Assembly: GCA_963706025.1 (NCBI GenBank)
Contig: CAVPLM010000003.1
Location: 480,001 to 544,000 of the forward strand
Reading direction: 5' to 3'
Source: an uncultured Actinomycetes bacterium
GTDB taxonomy: Bacteria; Actinomycetota; Thermoleophilia; RBG-16-64-13
Length of the DNA stretch: 64,000 nt
Made by a program: the position numbers and the translations under genes. This document shows, piece after piece, positions 1 through 12,292 of this stretch. Below the pieces are notes generated by a model. It saw only the letters and a list, made by a program, of their open reading frames with translations. It did not search any database and was not told the DNA's origin. The stretch's first letter is position 1. Every line of letters begins with the position of its first letter.

Positions 1-466
1 CCCGAGCTCATCATGAGTGGCGAGATGCTCCGTAAGATAGGCGAAGTCTTAAAGCCTCACTTGGCCGCCCGCACCCAGGACTCCAAGAAACTGGGCCGCG
101 TGGTCTTAGGTACGGTGCGGGGCGACATCCACGACATCGGCAAAGACATCGTGGGCTTCATGCTGGAAGTGAACGGCTTCGAGGTCTATGACTTAGGTAT
201 CGACCAGCCCGAAGAGAACTTCGTACGAGCCGTGAAAGAACATAGCCCCAGGTCCTGGCCCTCTCCGGTTTCTTAAGTGTGGCCTTTGACTCCATGAAGT
301 CCACCATCGAAGAGATGGAAAGGCCGGACTGCGTAAAGACCTCAAGGTCATCATCGGCGGGGGGCAGATGGACGACACCGTGCGCCGCTACACCGGGGCC
401 GATGCCTACGGAGACGACGCCATGGCTGCTGTGGCCTTCGCCAAGGAAGCGGTGGGGGTGGCGTGA
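1..466 (+). CDS. Corrinoid (B12-binding) methyl-acceptor protein, MtaC/MttC family; 5' truncated by window edge, frameshifted
   Basis: GTVRGDIHDIGKDIV B12-binding motif in ORF 13..276; continues across frameshifts as VLALSGFL...KVIIGGG...GADAYG to TGA 464-466, overlapping the next ATG. Confidence 0.9.
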
Positions 467-1801
467 TGGCCGAGAAACCCTGGGCCGATATGACCCCGGA
501 GGAACGCCGCGGCCTGGAGCATCGAGCGCTGGCAGAACCCGGGCGTCCCCTTTGCCAGCCCGGAAGCCGAAGCCGACTACCAAGCCCGGGTAGGTCGTCT
601 CCTGGCGGCCATCAACCTGGAGAAGCCCGACCGGGTGCCGGTCAGCCTTCTCGGCGGCTTCTGGCCGGCAGTGTGGGGTGGGATCACCCCCTACGTGGCG
701 ATGAACGACCCGGCCCGCGCCGCCCAGGCCTGGAAAGACTTCAACCTGGAGTTCCGACTCGACACCCAAGTCAGCCCGGCGTTCGCCGCCGTGTCTGCTC
801 GGATGCTGGACGACGTGGACTACAGGTCGTATCACTGGCCGGGCCACGGGGTGGCCAAAGAAGCGAGCTTCCAATACAACGAGAAAGAGTGGATGCTCCC
901 CGAGGAGTACGACCACCTCATCTCCGACCCCACCGATTTCATGCTCCGCACCTATCTGCCCCGAACGGTGGGGGCCTTCGCCGGGTTCGGCGGTCTCTCC
1001 TCTTTCTTCGATTTCATCGAGATGCCGTTCTCGTCCTTCCACCTGGGCGGATGGGGTTCCCCGGAGATGACGGAGGGACTGCGCAGGTTGACGGCGGCGT
1101 CCGAGGCGGCCGGCGAATGGGCACAGAACATATTCGGTATGGTAGGCGAACTGATGATGGCCGGCTTCCCCGGCTATTTCGCGGGCGGGTCCAAGGCTCC
1201 CTTCGACATGCTGGGTGACACCCTACGCGGCACCAGGGGAGTCATCATGGACATGTTCCGGTTCCCGGAGAAGGTGCTGGCCGCTTGCGAGCGGCTGGTG
1301 CCGGTGGCCATCGACTGGGCTCTCAAGCGTCCTGGAGTATTGGGCACACCCGTTATCTTCCTGCCTCTGCACAAAGGCGCCGACGGCTTCATGAGCGACG
1401 AGCAGTTCCGCACCTTCTACTGGCCCACTCTGCGGGCGGTCATCCTGGGCCTCATCGAAGAAGGCGTCATACCGGTCATGTTCGCCGAGGGGGGCTACAA
1501 CACAAGGCTCGAGGCCATCATGGACCTGCCCAAGGGCAAGACGATCTGGATCTTCGATCAGACCGACATGGCTCGAGCGAAGCAGACCATCGGCACAGTG
1601 GCCTGCATCCAGGGCAACGTCCCCCTGTCGATGATGTACGCCGGGACGCCTGAAGAGACGGCTGCATACTGCCGCAACCTTATCGACACGGCCGGCCAGG
1701 GTGGCGGATTCATCCTGGATACCGGGGCGGTCGCAGACTCGGGCAACGTGGAGAACCTGCGCGCGATGATCAAGACGGCTGAGGAATACGGGAAGTATTA
1801 A
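466..1801 (+). CDS. Uroporphyrinogen decarboxylase-family (MtaA/CmuA-like) methyltransferase; one 5' frameshift
   Basis: EKPDRVPV start, APFDMLGDTLRG, PLHKGADGFMSDEQF, CIQGNVP, GGGFILDTG; translationally coupled to the corrinoid protein. Confidence 0.8.
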
Positions 1802-1917
1802 GGGGGGATACCAAAGGTAGTCAGAGTCTGTAGGGGTTGGGAGCGTCCGTGGGAGGTGATTGCTTGGCAAGGTTGGAAAGCGAGCAGTTGAACGTTAAAA
1901 CGTGACAGGGGGTTCAC

Positions 1918-3250
1918 ATGAAGCTGAGAAGTCGTTATCTCAAGTTGTGCGTTGTTCTCATGATCTTGGCATCGATCGCTATTCTGGCTGCCGCGTGTGG
2001 AGACGAAGAGGAGACCACCACCACGGCAGGGGGAACTGATACCACCGCGACTACTGCACCGCCCGCGACCGAGACCACCGCGACCACCGCGGCGCAACAG
2101 CCGCCGGAGGCAGACGTGATCAAGATCGGCGCGGCTCGTCCGGTCTCCGGCGCGCTTGCCTTCTTCGAGGCAAACGCCTTCGGCCCCGTCGCTAAGATGT
2201 GGGTGGACGAGATCAATGCTGCCGGCGGCATCAATGTGGCTGGCAAGATGATGCCGGTCGAGTACACGGTCTATGACGACCAGAGCAACCTTGACACGAG
2301 CATGCGCCTCCTCGAGAAGCTCATGGTCGAGGACAAGGTGGACTTCGTCTTCGCGCCCAACAGCACCGCCTTCTTGTTCGCGGCTGCGGGCGTGGCTAAC
2401 GCCACGACAAGCTCCTGATAAGCAGCCGAAGGCGGCGCCACCAGCCTGGAGCAAGAGATCGATGGCACTGCCCTTGTTCTTCCAGGTCCTGAGCTACTCC
2501 AACCACTACCAGATACCAGCGCTGGCTGAGATCATGAAGGAAGTTGGCGTCAAAAGCGCCTCCATCCTCTACATCGATGACCTGCACGGCATCGAGTACT
2601 CCGATGTAGCGGAGACGGAACTGCCCAAGGTAGGCATCGAGATCCTGAGTAAGACCGCGATCCCGGCGGACATCAAGGACATGTCGACCATCATCAAGCA
2701 GATCGAAGGGGAGAACCCCGACGCGCTGCTGTGCTTCGCCTACCCGGATCAGAACTTCCTGCTGCATGGCCAGCTGATGCAGCTCAACTACAATCCCAAG
2801 ATGCTCCTGCTGGGCCCGGGTGGCAACTTCCAGTTCTACTATGGCGCCTTCGGTCCCACGACTGAAGGGGTCCTCGGCGAGGGCGCGTGGAACGCGAAGA
2901 GCTCGCCGGCCGCCAAGGAGTTCACCGACAAGCTCATCGCGTACATGGGCGCGCCGGACAACGTCGACTGGTGGGGCCATCTGATCTATCGGGCCGAACT
3001 GCAGTTCCTGCAGCAGGCCATCGAAAAGGCCGCTACCCTCGATAACAAAGTGGTCGCCGAGGTCATGAGGACCAATCACTTCGAGACTATACTGGGCGAC
3101 ACCTTCTTCACCAACCAGTTCCTGGACCAGTCCTGCTATCCTGGCCAGATCGGCCAGTGGCAGAACGGCGTCTTCGAGGTCATCGACGTGGGCGCGAAGC
3201 GCACGGCGCCTCCTATCTATCCCAAACCGGCTTGGCCGGCTGCCCACTGA
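1918..3250 (+). CDS. Branched-chain amino acid-type ABC transporter substrate-binding lipoprotein (frameshifted ~2400-2460)
   Basis: Lipobox LAAAC, Thr-rich linker, IKIGAARPVSG, INAAGGI, YDDQS; C-terminal half in ORF 2273..3250. Confidence 0.9.
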
Positions 3251-3308
3251 GACCACCACGGCTCCGTGATCGAGTGGATGTAAGTGTGATGTAAGACAGC
3301 AGGCTTTC

Positions 3309-3340
3309 CCGGGGGCGCGCGGTTTCACGCGCCCCCCCGG
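3309..3340 (+). terminator. Intercistronic GC stem-loop after the binding-protein gene (stabiliser or attenuator)
   Basis: GGGGGCGCG 3311-3319 pairs with CGCGCCCCC 3328-3336. Confidence 0.55.
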
Positions 3341-3383
3341 TAGGCCTGCCGTCGTAGGTCGCAGTCGCAAAAAAGGATCTTGG

Positions 3384-4253
3384 ATGGAAGTAATCAGGGA
3401 CATCATCATCACCGGGCTGCTGCTCGGCGGCATCTACGCCCTGGTATCCGTGGGGCTGAGCCTCCAGTACGGGGTGGCCCGCGTCCTCAACGTCGCCCAC
3501 GGCGAGTTCATAATGGTCGGGGCGTTCATCACCTTCTGGCTGCTTGGGCAGCTGTGAACCTGAACCCGCTCGTGTCCATGGTGATCACGGGTCCCCTTGT
3601 CTTCGTCATCGGTTGGCTCCTGCACGAGACCATGTTCCGCCGTCTCATGGACACCTCCCCCAGCCTTGACGTCTTCGAGGGGAAGTCGATGCTGGCCTCG
3701 TTCGGGCTGCTGTACATCGTGCAGAACATCGGCCGGATCATCTGGGGCTCCAGCACAGAGGCGTCATACCTTCTTGAACACCACCATCACCGGCGGCGCA
3801 GGATCCCGTCAACCGCCTGGTGGCCTGGGGTTCGTCATCGTCGATAGGCGATGGCCTTCTACTTCTTCCTGGCCCGCACTCGCATGGGCAAGGCCATCCG
3901 GTCCTCGGCCCAGGACCCGACCACGGCCGGGCTGATGGGCGTGAACATCCACAGCGTGCTGGCCGTCTGCTTCGGGCTCGGCTCTGGGCATGGCCGGCAT
4001 CGCCGGCAGCCTGCTCAGCATCGTCTACCCGATCTCGACCAGCATGGGACTTGAGTACACCGTCATCGCCATGATCGTGGTGGTGCTGGGCGGCCTGGGC
4101 AGCATCACCGGGCGCCATGATCGGCGGCGTGATCTTGGGATTCGTGTCGCAGGTCGTCACGTACTTCCAGCCGACCCTGCACGTTGATCGCCTACTACGT
4201 CATCTTCATCTTGCTGCTCCTGGTCAAGGCCCAAAGGGATCATGGGTAAGTAG
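3384..4253 (+). CDS. livH: Branched-chain amino acid ABC permease, LivH-like (multiple frameshifts)
   Basis: GLLLGGIYALVSVGLSLQYGVARVLNVAHGEF; RTRMGKAIRSSAQDPTTAGLMGVN; VVVLGGLGSI. Confidence 0.85.
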
Positions 4254-4255
4254 GC

Positions 4256-5204
4256 ATGAATACGACTCGATCTATCAAGAACACCGAATGGCATCATGCT
4301 GGCGCTGCTGGTAGTCGTCTTCGTGGTGCTCGCGCTGCTGCCCACGATGACAGCCAGGGCTACATGCGTGACCCTGCTCACCGACATCCTGAAGTTACGT
4401 CATACTGACCGTGGCGCTGGGTGATCTTCTCGGGGCCCACCGGCTACATGTCCCTGGCGACGGCCGCTTTCTACGGGCTCGGCTTCTACGTCGCCGCAAT
4501 GTTCAACGGCACCGTGCCCTTCGCGCTGGTGATCATCATCGCCGGGGTAGTGGCCTTTGTTGTGGCCCTGGGAGTCGGCGCACTCACATTGAGACTGAGA
4601 GGCGTCTACTTCGCTATCTTCACCTTCGCGCTTGTGTTGCTTGTCCAACAGTGTCGTCCTCGAGGTGGAGCGCGTGGTGACCGGGACGCGCGGCCGTTTC
4701 GTGGAGACCGAGACCACCGAGATCGCCTACTACGCCATGTTCATCGTCGCGATATTGACGTTGCTTGTCGGCGTTTCTGATCCGGCGCTCCCGTTACGGG
4801 CTTGCGCTGCAGAGCATCGGCGAATACGAGGAGGCCGCGGCGCACAGTGGGATCAACGTGGTCCGGACCAAGGTGATCACCTTCGCCGTGAGCGCCGTAT
4901 TCATGGGGATGGCCGGAGCCATCATCGCCACGCGGCGGACCTACATCGACCCAGGCATCGCCTTCAACCTGAATCACTCCTTCCTGCCGGTGCTGATGGC
5001 GATGTTCGGCGGCATGGCGCAATCTGGTCGGCCCGGTGATCGGCGCCGCCCTTTTCACGTACATCGGGGAGTTCTTGCTCACCCGGTTCCCGGATCTGTA
5101 CATGCTCATCTTCGGCGTGGTGCTGATCCTGGCCATCTGTTCATGCCGAACGGCATACTGGGGCTGGTCCAGCAAGCTCTGGCGCAAGATCAGAGGAGGT
5201 CGAC

Positions 5205-5218
<14 letters not shown>
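4256..5218 (+). CDS. livM: Branched-chain amino acid ABC permease, LivM-like (frameshifted)
   Basis: FSGPTGYMSLATAAFYGLG, LRLRGVYFAIFT, SRYGLALQSIGEYEEAAAHSGIN. Confidence 0.85.
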
Positions 5219-5930
<712 letters not shown>

Positions 5931-5944
<14 letters not shown>

Positions 5945-6639
5945 AGGTCTCAGCGCGGGATACGGTAGGGTGCAGGTCCTCTGGGACCTCTCTCTCAAGG
6001 TGGGCGAAGGGGAGTTCGTCGCCCTGGTCGGGGCCAACGGAGCCGGGAAGACGACTCTGCTGAAGACCATCTCCGGCGTGATGAGGCCTTGGTCCGGCAG
6101 CGTCACGTTCCTCGACAAGCAGGATCGACACGGCTCACCGCCAACGACATCGTCGACCTGGGGCTTTCGCACATCCCCGAGAGCCGCAAGCTCTTCACCG
6201 ACATGTCCATCAGGGAGAACCTGGAGATGGGCGCCTATCCTCGGCGTTCCTGGAAAGAACGCCGGGAGACGATGAAATGGGTCTTCGAGCTCTTTCCCCG
6301 TCTCGAGGAGCGAGCCGAGCCAGCTGGCGCGGACACTGAGCGGCGGCGAGCAGCAGATGCTGGCCATGGGGCGGGGTCTGATGTCCCGGCCCAAGATGGT
6401 GCCTCGTCGACGAGCCGTCCAACGGTTTGGCGCCACGTGGTCGTCACGGAGGTGTTCGAGATCCTCAAGTCGCTGCACGCCGAGGGAATCACCATCCTTC
6501 TTGTGGAGCAGAACGTGCGCCAGACGCTCAACGTCGCCGACCGGGCCTACGTGCTGGAGAACGGCCATCTCGCCCTGGAAGGCGCCTGCTCGCTCCTCCA
6601 GGAGAGCGACCACGTCAAGAAAGCTTACTCGCGTTGTAA
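5931..6639 (+). CDS. livF: ABC ATPase, LivF-like (frameshifted)
   Basis: GANGAGKTT, LSGGEQQMLAMGR, ILLVEQN. Confidence 0.9.
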
Positions 6640-6673
6640 GCAGTCTTCCAGCTTTGACGGGAGATGGGCTTCT

Positions 6674-6716
6674 CTGGGGCGCGCTCCGACTAAGGAGCGC
6701 GCCCCAGTCTCTGTTT
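6674..6716 (+). terminator. Intrinsic terminator-like hairpin ending the transporter operon
   Basis: Perfect 14-bp stem CTGGGGCGCGCTCC/GGAGCGCGCCCCAG followed by TCTCTGTTT; lies between convergent genes. Confidence 0.7.
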
Positions 6717-6805
6717 GATAGCGGTCTGATGCGGTTGGCATCGAGGGTGTGAACCGGGGAACGTTTCGTGCCGGGCTGCGAGGGGCGCCCAAGAGGCAAG
6801 GCAAC

Positions 6806-7453
6806 TCAACCGGCCTCCGCCTGGCCGCGTGCGTCCGTTCGCGATGTGTCATCGATCTTCTCGATCATCTCTTCGACAGTGAGTACCCGGGCGAACAGGA
6901 AACCTAGCGTCGCCAGGGATGCCCGCTGCAACTCGGCTGCCGACAGCTCCCCTATAGCCGCCGTTGCCGTGCCGTCACTGAGAAAGAAGACGCGAAACTC
7001 TCTCTGCATCGCCTCGCGCGCAGTGGTCTCACAGCAGAGGTTAGTGGCTATACCGCCGATGATGAGGGTGTCGATGCCGTGTGAGCGCAGGATCTGCTCG
7101 AGGTTGGTACCGAAGAAAGCGCCGAATCGGGGCTTATCCAGGATGATGTCTTCACTCCTCGACAACAAGCCCGCTGTCAAGCTGCGCGGACGGGGCATCT
7201 TCATTGAGAATGCCGGCTCGAGCGGGAGGAGAGGTCTCGCCGAGGACTCCCAGGTTGGAGCCGTCTGGCCGCAGAACAAATCGAGTATGGATGACTGTGA
7301 TGCCGGCATAGCGACAGGCGACGCCGAGTCGGTTGAGTCGCTCCATTACAGCGGGTCCATCGGAGCAGAGATGGGTGAGTCCCGGACGAAGCACTCCTGT
7401 AGATCTATGTTGATGAGGGCGGTCCGCTGGGGGACCACACTGAAGTCCACCAT
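6806..7453 (-). CDS. Cysteine hydrolase (isochorismatase family), two frameshifts
   Basis: TALINIDLQECF, DKPRFGAFFGTNLEQILRSHGIDTLIIGGIATNLCCETTAR (Asp-Lys-Cys triad). Confidence 0.9.
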
Positions 7454-7670
7454 GAGAAGACCTCTGGCTCAGCTCTTGGCCCAGTCACGTCCCTATTGTT
7501 CGTTTGCCGAAAATGAGCGAGCGGGTGCCCGACGGAAACCAGTGTATCCATCCTCCCTGGGAATGACGAACGAGTCAAGCGACCTGGCTCCCCGATATCC
7601 TGTCAGGGAGGGAGGAAGCCATAGAACTCAGAGCGAGTTCCCACATGTGAACCGAATGTGGCCGCGTAGA

Positions 7671-7709
7671 TTGACGGTCCGCCGTGAGGGGATAGGATGT
7701 ACGCGTACA
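7671..7709 (+). promoter_or_regulatory. vapBC promoter with palindromic operator
   Basis: TTGACG (7671) - 16 nt - TAGGAT (7693), perfect palindrome TGTACGCGTACA 7698-7709, then AGGAGG RBS. Confidence 0.65.
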
Positions 7710-7726
7710 CACTAGGAGGCCCTGTC

Positions 7727-7963
7727 ATGACTCTCACCAAGGTCTTCAGGAACGGCAACTCCCAGGTTGTGCGCATCCCGGCCGAGCTGGCCTACGAGCG
7801 GTCGGATCTGGAGGTCGAGATCGAGCGCATCGGTGACGAACTGCGCATTCGTCCCGCTCGCCGTCCTCTCGATCAGGCCCTAGCGAAGTTCGCTCGATTC
7901 TCGAACGACTTCATGGACGTCGGGCGGGGGACCAATATCGAGTCTGAGCGAGACGCTCTATGA
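7727..7963 (+). CDS. vapB: AbrB/MazE-type antitoxin VapB
   Basis: MTLTKVFRNGNSQVVRIPAEL; ATGA overlap with a PIN gene. Confidence 0.9.
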   Translation: MTLTKVFRNGNSQVVRIPAELAYERSDLEVEIERIGDELRIRPARRPLDQALAKFARFSNDFMDVGRGTNIESERDAL

Positions 7964-8373
7964 AGCCGCGGTACATGCTCGATACCAACATGTGAATCTA
8001 CCTTCTGAAGCACCAACCGGCGGAGGTGGCGGCGTGCTTCGTCCGTAGTTCCGTGGGCGAAGTCGTGATCTCCGCGATCACCTTGGCTGAGCTCGAGTAC
8101 GGCGTCGTCTGCTCTGGTGATTGCGAGGGCCAGAATCGGAGGGCGCTCGACCTTTTGCTGGAAGACATCCCTCCTGAGCCCTTCGACTCCGCGGCGGCGC
8201 GGGCGTACGGCCCGATCCGGCGGGCTACCCGCCAGAAGAAGAGGGATGCACTGGACAAGCTGATCGCCGCCCATGCCGTCGCGCTTGACGTGACGCTCGT
8301 CACCAACAACGAGACCGATTTCGCCGGCTATCCGGGCTTGCGGGTGGAGAACTGGGTGGCCGGCAGCTCCTGA
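7960..8373 (+). pseudogene. vapC: PIN-domain toxin VapC interrupted by in-frame TGA at codon 12
   Basis: MKPRYMLDTNM*IYLLK...ITLAELEYG...DKLIAAHA...LVTNNETDF; TGA 7993-7995 is in frame with ORF 8026..8373. Confidence 0.85.
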
Positions 8374-8394
8374 TTCGTCTCCCCTGAGTACGGG

Positions 8395-10530
8395 TCAGGC
8401 CGGCTTGGCCCCGAAGGCCAGTCCCCTGGCGGCTGCCACCCAATCGCGCACCGAGTGGAACACCGGGACCCCCTGGGACTCGATCTCGGCAGACATCCGC
8501 AAGGTGAACGCGCCGCCGGTGGCCGCTCCCAGGATCGGTTTGCGTGCCGCCCGGTTCAGGCGGCCGAGCTTCTCCGGGATATCCTCGCCCAGCGGCGCAT
8601 CCTGGAACACCATCCAGGGCATGACGATATCCACCCCCGGATCGTCCAAGAGTGCCTGTATTCCGATCTCGTAGTCCGTGCTGGTGCCGGAGCCGGTGAC
8701 GTCCAGCGGATTCTGCACGAGGTAGAAGGAGGGGTAGACTTCGGTGAGGCGGTCGATGGTCGCGGGTGCGAGCGTCGCCAGTTCCAGGCCGGCCGTTCCG
8801 AGGATATCGAGAGCTTGGACGGTCGTCCCGATACCGTTCCCGATCATGGCCACCCGATTTCCTCCGGCTCGGGGCTGAAGAGCCAGGGCCTTGCTGACCG
8901 CCACCAGTTCCTCATAGCTGTCCACCGCTATCAGCCCGGCCTGGCGAAAGGCGCCTTCGACCACTTTGTAGGAACCGGCGAAGAAGCCTGTGTGGGTGAG
9001 CGCCGCCCGAGCGGCCGACGGCGTCCTACCCGCTTTGAAGATCACCACCGGCTTGCGTTCCGTCACGCGTCGGGCGGCGTCCAGGAAACCGCGCCCATTT
9101 TCGAAACCCTCCAGGTAGAGGGCGATCACGCCGGTGTCGGGATCGTCTGCCAGGAAGGTCAGCAGGTCGGCTTCGTCGACGTCGACCCGGTTGCCATAAC
9201 TAACGAATTTGCTCATGCCGAAGGAGACTGCGTCTTCCAGGAAGGCGATACCCACCGTGCCCGATTGACTGAGCATGGCCACCGGCCCGGCAGGGGGACG
9301 GGTCATACGCTTCTGGGGCTGGAAGAAGGTGTCCAGCCGCGTGGTCCCGTCGAACACCCCGATGCAGTTGGGGCCGACGACACGCACGCCCAGCGCGCGG
9401 GCCAAGCGGCGGATCTCGGCCTCCAGAGCGGCTCTATCCCCGCCCAGCTCCTTGCCGCCCCCGGATACGACAACCAGGTTGTGGATGTTCCGGTCGGCAC
9501 ACTCCCGGATGAGTTCGGGGACTGCCGCTAAGTCGATGGTGCACACGACCAGCTCGACGGGTCTGGGGATGGCGCTCAGGGTGGGATAGGTGTCGAGGCC
9601 CAGGAGCGACGTTTTGGTAGGGTTCACAGGAAAGACCTCTCCCGGATACTCGTGCTTGGCCAGGCTGTCGAGGACCGCATGGCCGATCTTGCCCGGCGTC
9701 GCCGAGGCTCCCACCAGGGCGACCGAACGGGCGTTGAAGAAAGTGGCGAGGTGGGAGGTGTCCACGGGGCGGGCTGCCGCGCCGGTCGTCGGTGCGCCGA
9801 CCGCGACAGCGCCCTCCGCGCCTGGGGTGGCGCCCATGGCGGCGCCTATGGCCCGTCGGGCGGGAGTCTTGGCATCAAGGGCGCCGACGGGCAGCTGGTC
9901 GCGCGTCACCACCTTGTGGTCCAGCACCCGATGCTCCGCTTCCCAGACCGCGACGGGATTGAGATCCACCGATTCAAGGCGTTCGCCGAGATCGAGGCCG
10001 AAGCGGGCGGCGTTGAGGAGAAGGTCCACGAGCAGGTCGGGCGAGACAGGCGCCTGCCCCCGATAGCCCTGCAGGATGCGCGCTCCCCGGGTCTCGGTCA
10101 CCATCTGCCGGGCGTCGCCGCGGCTGATGGGCAGCACTCGGAAGCTGACATCATCCAGCAGTTCGGTGAATATGCCCCCCAGCCCGAACATGATGACCGG
10201 CCCGAACTGAGCGTCCTGCTTGAGGCCGATGATGATCTCGAACCCTCGGGGGACCATCTCCTCAACGCGCACCCCCTCGAGGCGCGCCTCGGGCGCCTTC
10301 TCCTGAGCGGCCGCCATCATGCGAGAGAAGGCGGCACGCACGGCTTCCTCGGAATCGAGGCCCAGCCGGACACCGCCGACGTCGGTCTTGTGAAGGATGT
10401 CCGGCGATGAGATCTTGAGGGCGACCGGATAGCCGATTTGCGCAGCGAGGGTCGCGGCCTCGTCCGCGTCGCGGGCGAGGCCGCCTCGCGGCTGGACGAA
10501 GCCGTACTCGGAGAGTGAGGGCACGCTCAT
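8395..10530 (-). CDS. Acetate/acyl-CoA ligase (ADP-forming), ATP-grasp domain fused N-terminal to CoA-binding and ligase domains; start approximate
   Basis: GYPVALKISSPDILHKTDVGGV, VALVGAS, VVGPNCIG, SQSG, SYGNRVD, phospho-His THTG, NPLDV. Confidence 0.9.
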   Translation of the reverse strand: MSVPSLSEYGFVQPRGGLARDADEAATLAAQIGYPVALKISSPDILHKTDVGGVRLGLDSEEAVRAAFSRMMAAAQEKAPEARLEGVRVEEMVPRGFEIIIGLKQDAQFGPVIMFGLGGIFTELLDDVSFRVLPISRGDARQMVTETRGARILQGYRGQAPVSPDLLVDLLLNAARFGLDLGERLESVDLNPVAVWEAEHRVLDHKVVTRDQLPVGALDAKTPARRAIGAAMGATPGAEGAVAVGAPTTGAAARPVDTSHLATFFNARSVALVGASATPGKIGHAVLDSLAKHEYPGEVFPVNPTKTSLLGLDTYPTLSAIPRPVELVVCTIDLAAVPELIRECADRNIHNLVVVSGGGKELGGDRAALEAEIRRLARALGVRVVGPNCIGVFDGTTRLDTFFQPQKRMTRPPAGPVAMLSQSGTVGIAFLEDAVSFGMSKFVSYGNRVDVDEADLLTFLADDPDTGVIALYLEGFENGRGFLDAARRVTERKPVVIFKAGRTPSAARAALTHTGFFAGSYKVVEGAFRQAGLIAVDSYEELVAVSKALALQPRAGGNRVAMIGNGIGTTVQALDILGTAGLELATLAPATIDRLTEVYPSFYLVQNPLDVTGSGTSTDYEIGIQALLDDPGVDIVMPWMVFQDAPLGEDIPEKLGRLNRAARKPILGAATGGAFTLRMSAEIESQGVPVFHSVRDWVAAARGLAFGAKPA

Positions 10531-10685
10531 GAGCTGAAGCGCGGCGAGAGGTTTCTCACGAATCACTCCCTGAGTTCGTACGGGGAAAGCAAGTATAACG
10601 TCCGTATTGCGAGAAACGTGATATCTATTGACCGGTCCACAATCTACAATGATGCCCGACTCTTTCGCCACCCGGAGGCCGACTC

Positions 10686-11417
10686 GTGACCGAAAAGCTG
10701 ATCGAACAAATAACGGACCACGTCTACCGGATAGACGCTCAGGGCATGAACGTCTTCCTAATCGCGACGCCGGAGGGTCTGACCTTGATCGATACCGGCT
10801 TCCCCGGGACCATGGCTCTGATCGACCAGGCGGTCCGCTCACTGGGCCGGAGCCCGGAGGAGATCGGCGACGTTCTGGTCACCCACTGTCATCCCGACCA
10901 CGCGGGTGGACTGGCTGAGGTGAAGGAGGCGACTGGCGCGGTAGCCTGGATGCACCCGGCGGACGCAGAAATGGTGCGGATGGGAACAGCCTTCCGGCCG
11001 TATGAGCCGGCCCCGGGGCCGGAGAATCTCCTGTTCATAACCGAGGTCATCGAGAAGTCGCCCACCTCAAGTCCGCCGGCTGCCGTGGACAAAGAGGTCC
11101 TCTCGGGCGAGACCATTCCGGTGGCCGGTGGCATCAGGGCTATAGGAACGCCGGGGCACACCAAGGGACACCTGACCTTCCTCTGGCCGGAGGACGGGGG
11201 CGTGCTTTTCGTCGGCGACGCGGCCGATCACAAGCGGGGTCTGGAACTCTCCCCCATCTACGAGGACATGGCTCAGGGTCTGGAAGACCTGCGCATGCTG
11301 GGGGAGCAAGAATTCGAGACGGCCTGCTTTGCCCATGGAATGCCGATCATCGGCGGCGCAGCCCGGGAGTTCCGGCTGAAGTGGGGGAAGGACTCGAATC
11401 TCGGCAAGAAAGGATGA
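10686..11417 (+). CDS. MBL-fold metallo-hydrolase
   Basis: LIDTG, THCHPDHAGG, TPGHTKGH, GDA, FAHG. Confidence 0.9.
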   Translation: MTEKLIEQITDHVYRIDAQGMNVFLIATPEGLTLIDTGFPGTMALIDQAVRSLGRSPEEIGDVLVTHCHPDHAGGLAEVKEATGAVAWMHPADAEMVRMGTAFRPYEPAPGPENLLFITEVIEKSPTSSPPAAVDKEVLSGETIPVAGGIRAIGTPGHTKGHLTFLWPEDGGVLFVGDAADHKRGLELSPIYEDMAQGLEDLRMLGEQEFETACFAHGMPIIGGAAREFRLKWGKDSNLGKKG

Positions 11418-11424
11418 TGTGGGG

Positions 11425-11808
11425 ATGGAATCTCAGCTCGAAGCCAACAAGCAGGCGGTCCTGGAGTTCTACGACCTGATCATCAACAACAAAGACTACG
11501 CTGCCGCTCGTCCCTACATCGGAGGCTACTACCGCCAGCACAATCCCCTAGTGGCCGAGGGCCCCGAGGGGCTGGCCGCTTTCATCGATTGGCTCAAGGC
11601 CGAGTACCCAGAGGCCCACAGCGAGGTCAAGCGGGTCTTCGCCGACGGAGACTATGTCATCCTGCACGTCCACTCCATGCGCCCTCCGCTTCCGCGCGGC
11701 CGCGCGATCATCGAGATCTTCCGGCTCGAGGAGGGCAAGATCGTCGAGCACTGGGATGCCATCCAGGAGATCCCCGCGACCTCGGTCAATCCGAACGGCA
11801 TGTTCTAG
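11425..11808 (+). CDS. SnoaL-like / NTF2-family protein
   Basis: NKQAVLEFY, YRQHNP, DGDYVILH, IFRLEEGKIVEHWD. Confidence 0.85.
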   Translation: MESQLEANKQAVLEFYDLIINNKDYAAARPYIGGYYRQHNPLVAEGPEGLAAFIDWLKAEYPEAHSEVKRVFADGDYVILHVHSMRPPLPRGRAIIEIFRLEEGKIVEHWDAIQEIPATSVNPNGMF

Positions 11809-11842
11809 ACGGGGCCTGCATCGGCGACCGAGCGGACGGGCG

Positions 11843-12292
11843 TTACTTGGCCAACCTCTCGATGTTCTGGAAGGTAGGGCTTTCGAAGACCTTCTTCATG
11901 CAGGCGCCGCTCTCCTGCATCTTGGCTTTGCCAACCGCGTAGCAGACGCAGAAGGCCACTTCCATGATCTCCTCGTCGGTGGCGCCGGCGGCCTTGGCGT
12001 TGCAGGCTTGGGGCAAGACCCCCTCCCAGTGGCAGGCCATCATGTAGCAGGCCACGAGGATCAGGTACCGGGTCTTGGGGTCGAGGATGCCCCGATCCAG
12101 CAGCTGGGTGAGCTGATTCTGGGCGAACGTGAACAGCATCTCGGGCTTGTTCTCGATCCAGAAGTCCAGAGTCGGGTCATCCGGCGGTTTCCCGTAGCCC
12201 GGCCTCTGCTTCGCCCAGGATGCTAGGACCTCCTCGCCGGTCTTCGCTGCCTTCATTGCCTCGACTACTTCCACTTCTTCCGGTCTGGGCAT
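11843..12292 (-). CDS. Carboxymuconolactone decarboxylase / AhpD-family protein
   Basis: LDPKTRYLILVA...AKAAGATDEEIMEV. Confidence 0.75.
   Translation of the reverse strand: MPRPEEVEVVEAMKAAKTGEEVLASWAKQRPGYGKPPDDPTLDFWIENKPEMLFTFAQNQLTQLLDRGILDPKTRYLILVACYMMACHWEGVLPQACNAKAAGATDEEIMEVAFCVCYAVGKAKMQESGACMKKVFESPTFQNIERLAK

Noticed and set aside
7152-7154. TGA inside the cysteine hydrolase as possible selenocysteine
   Set aside because: Homology continues in another frame; it results from a frameshift
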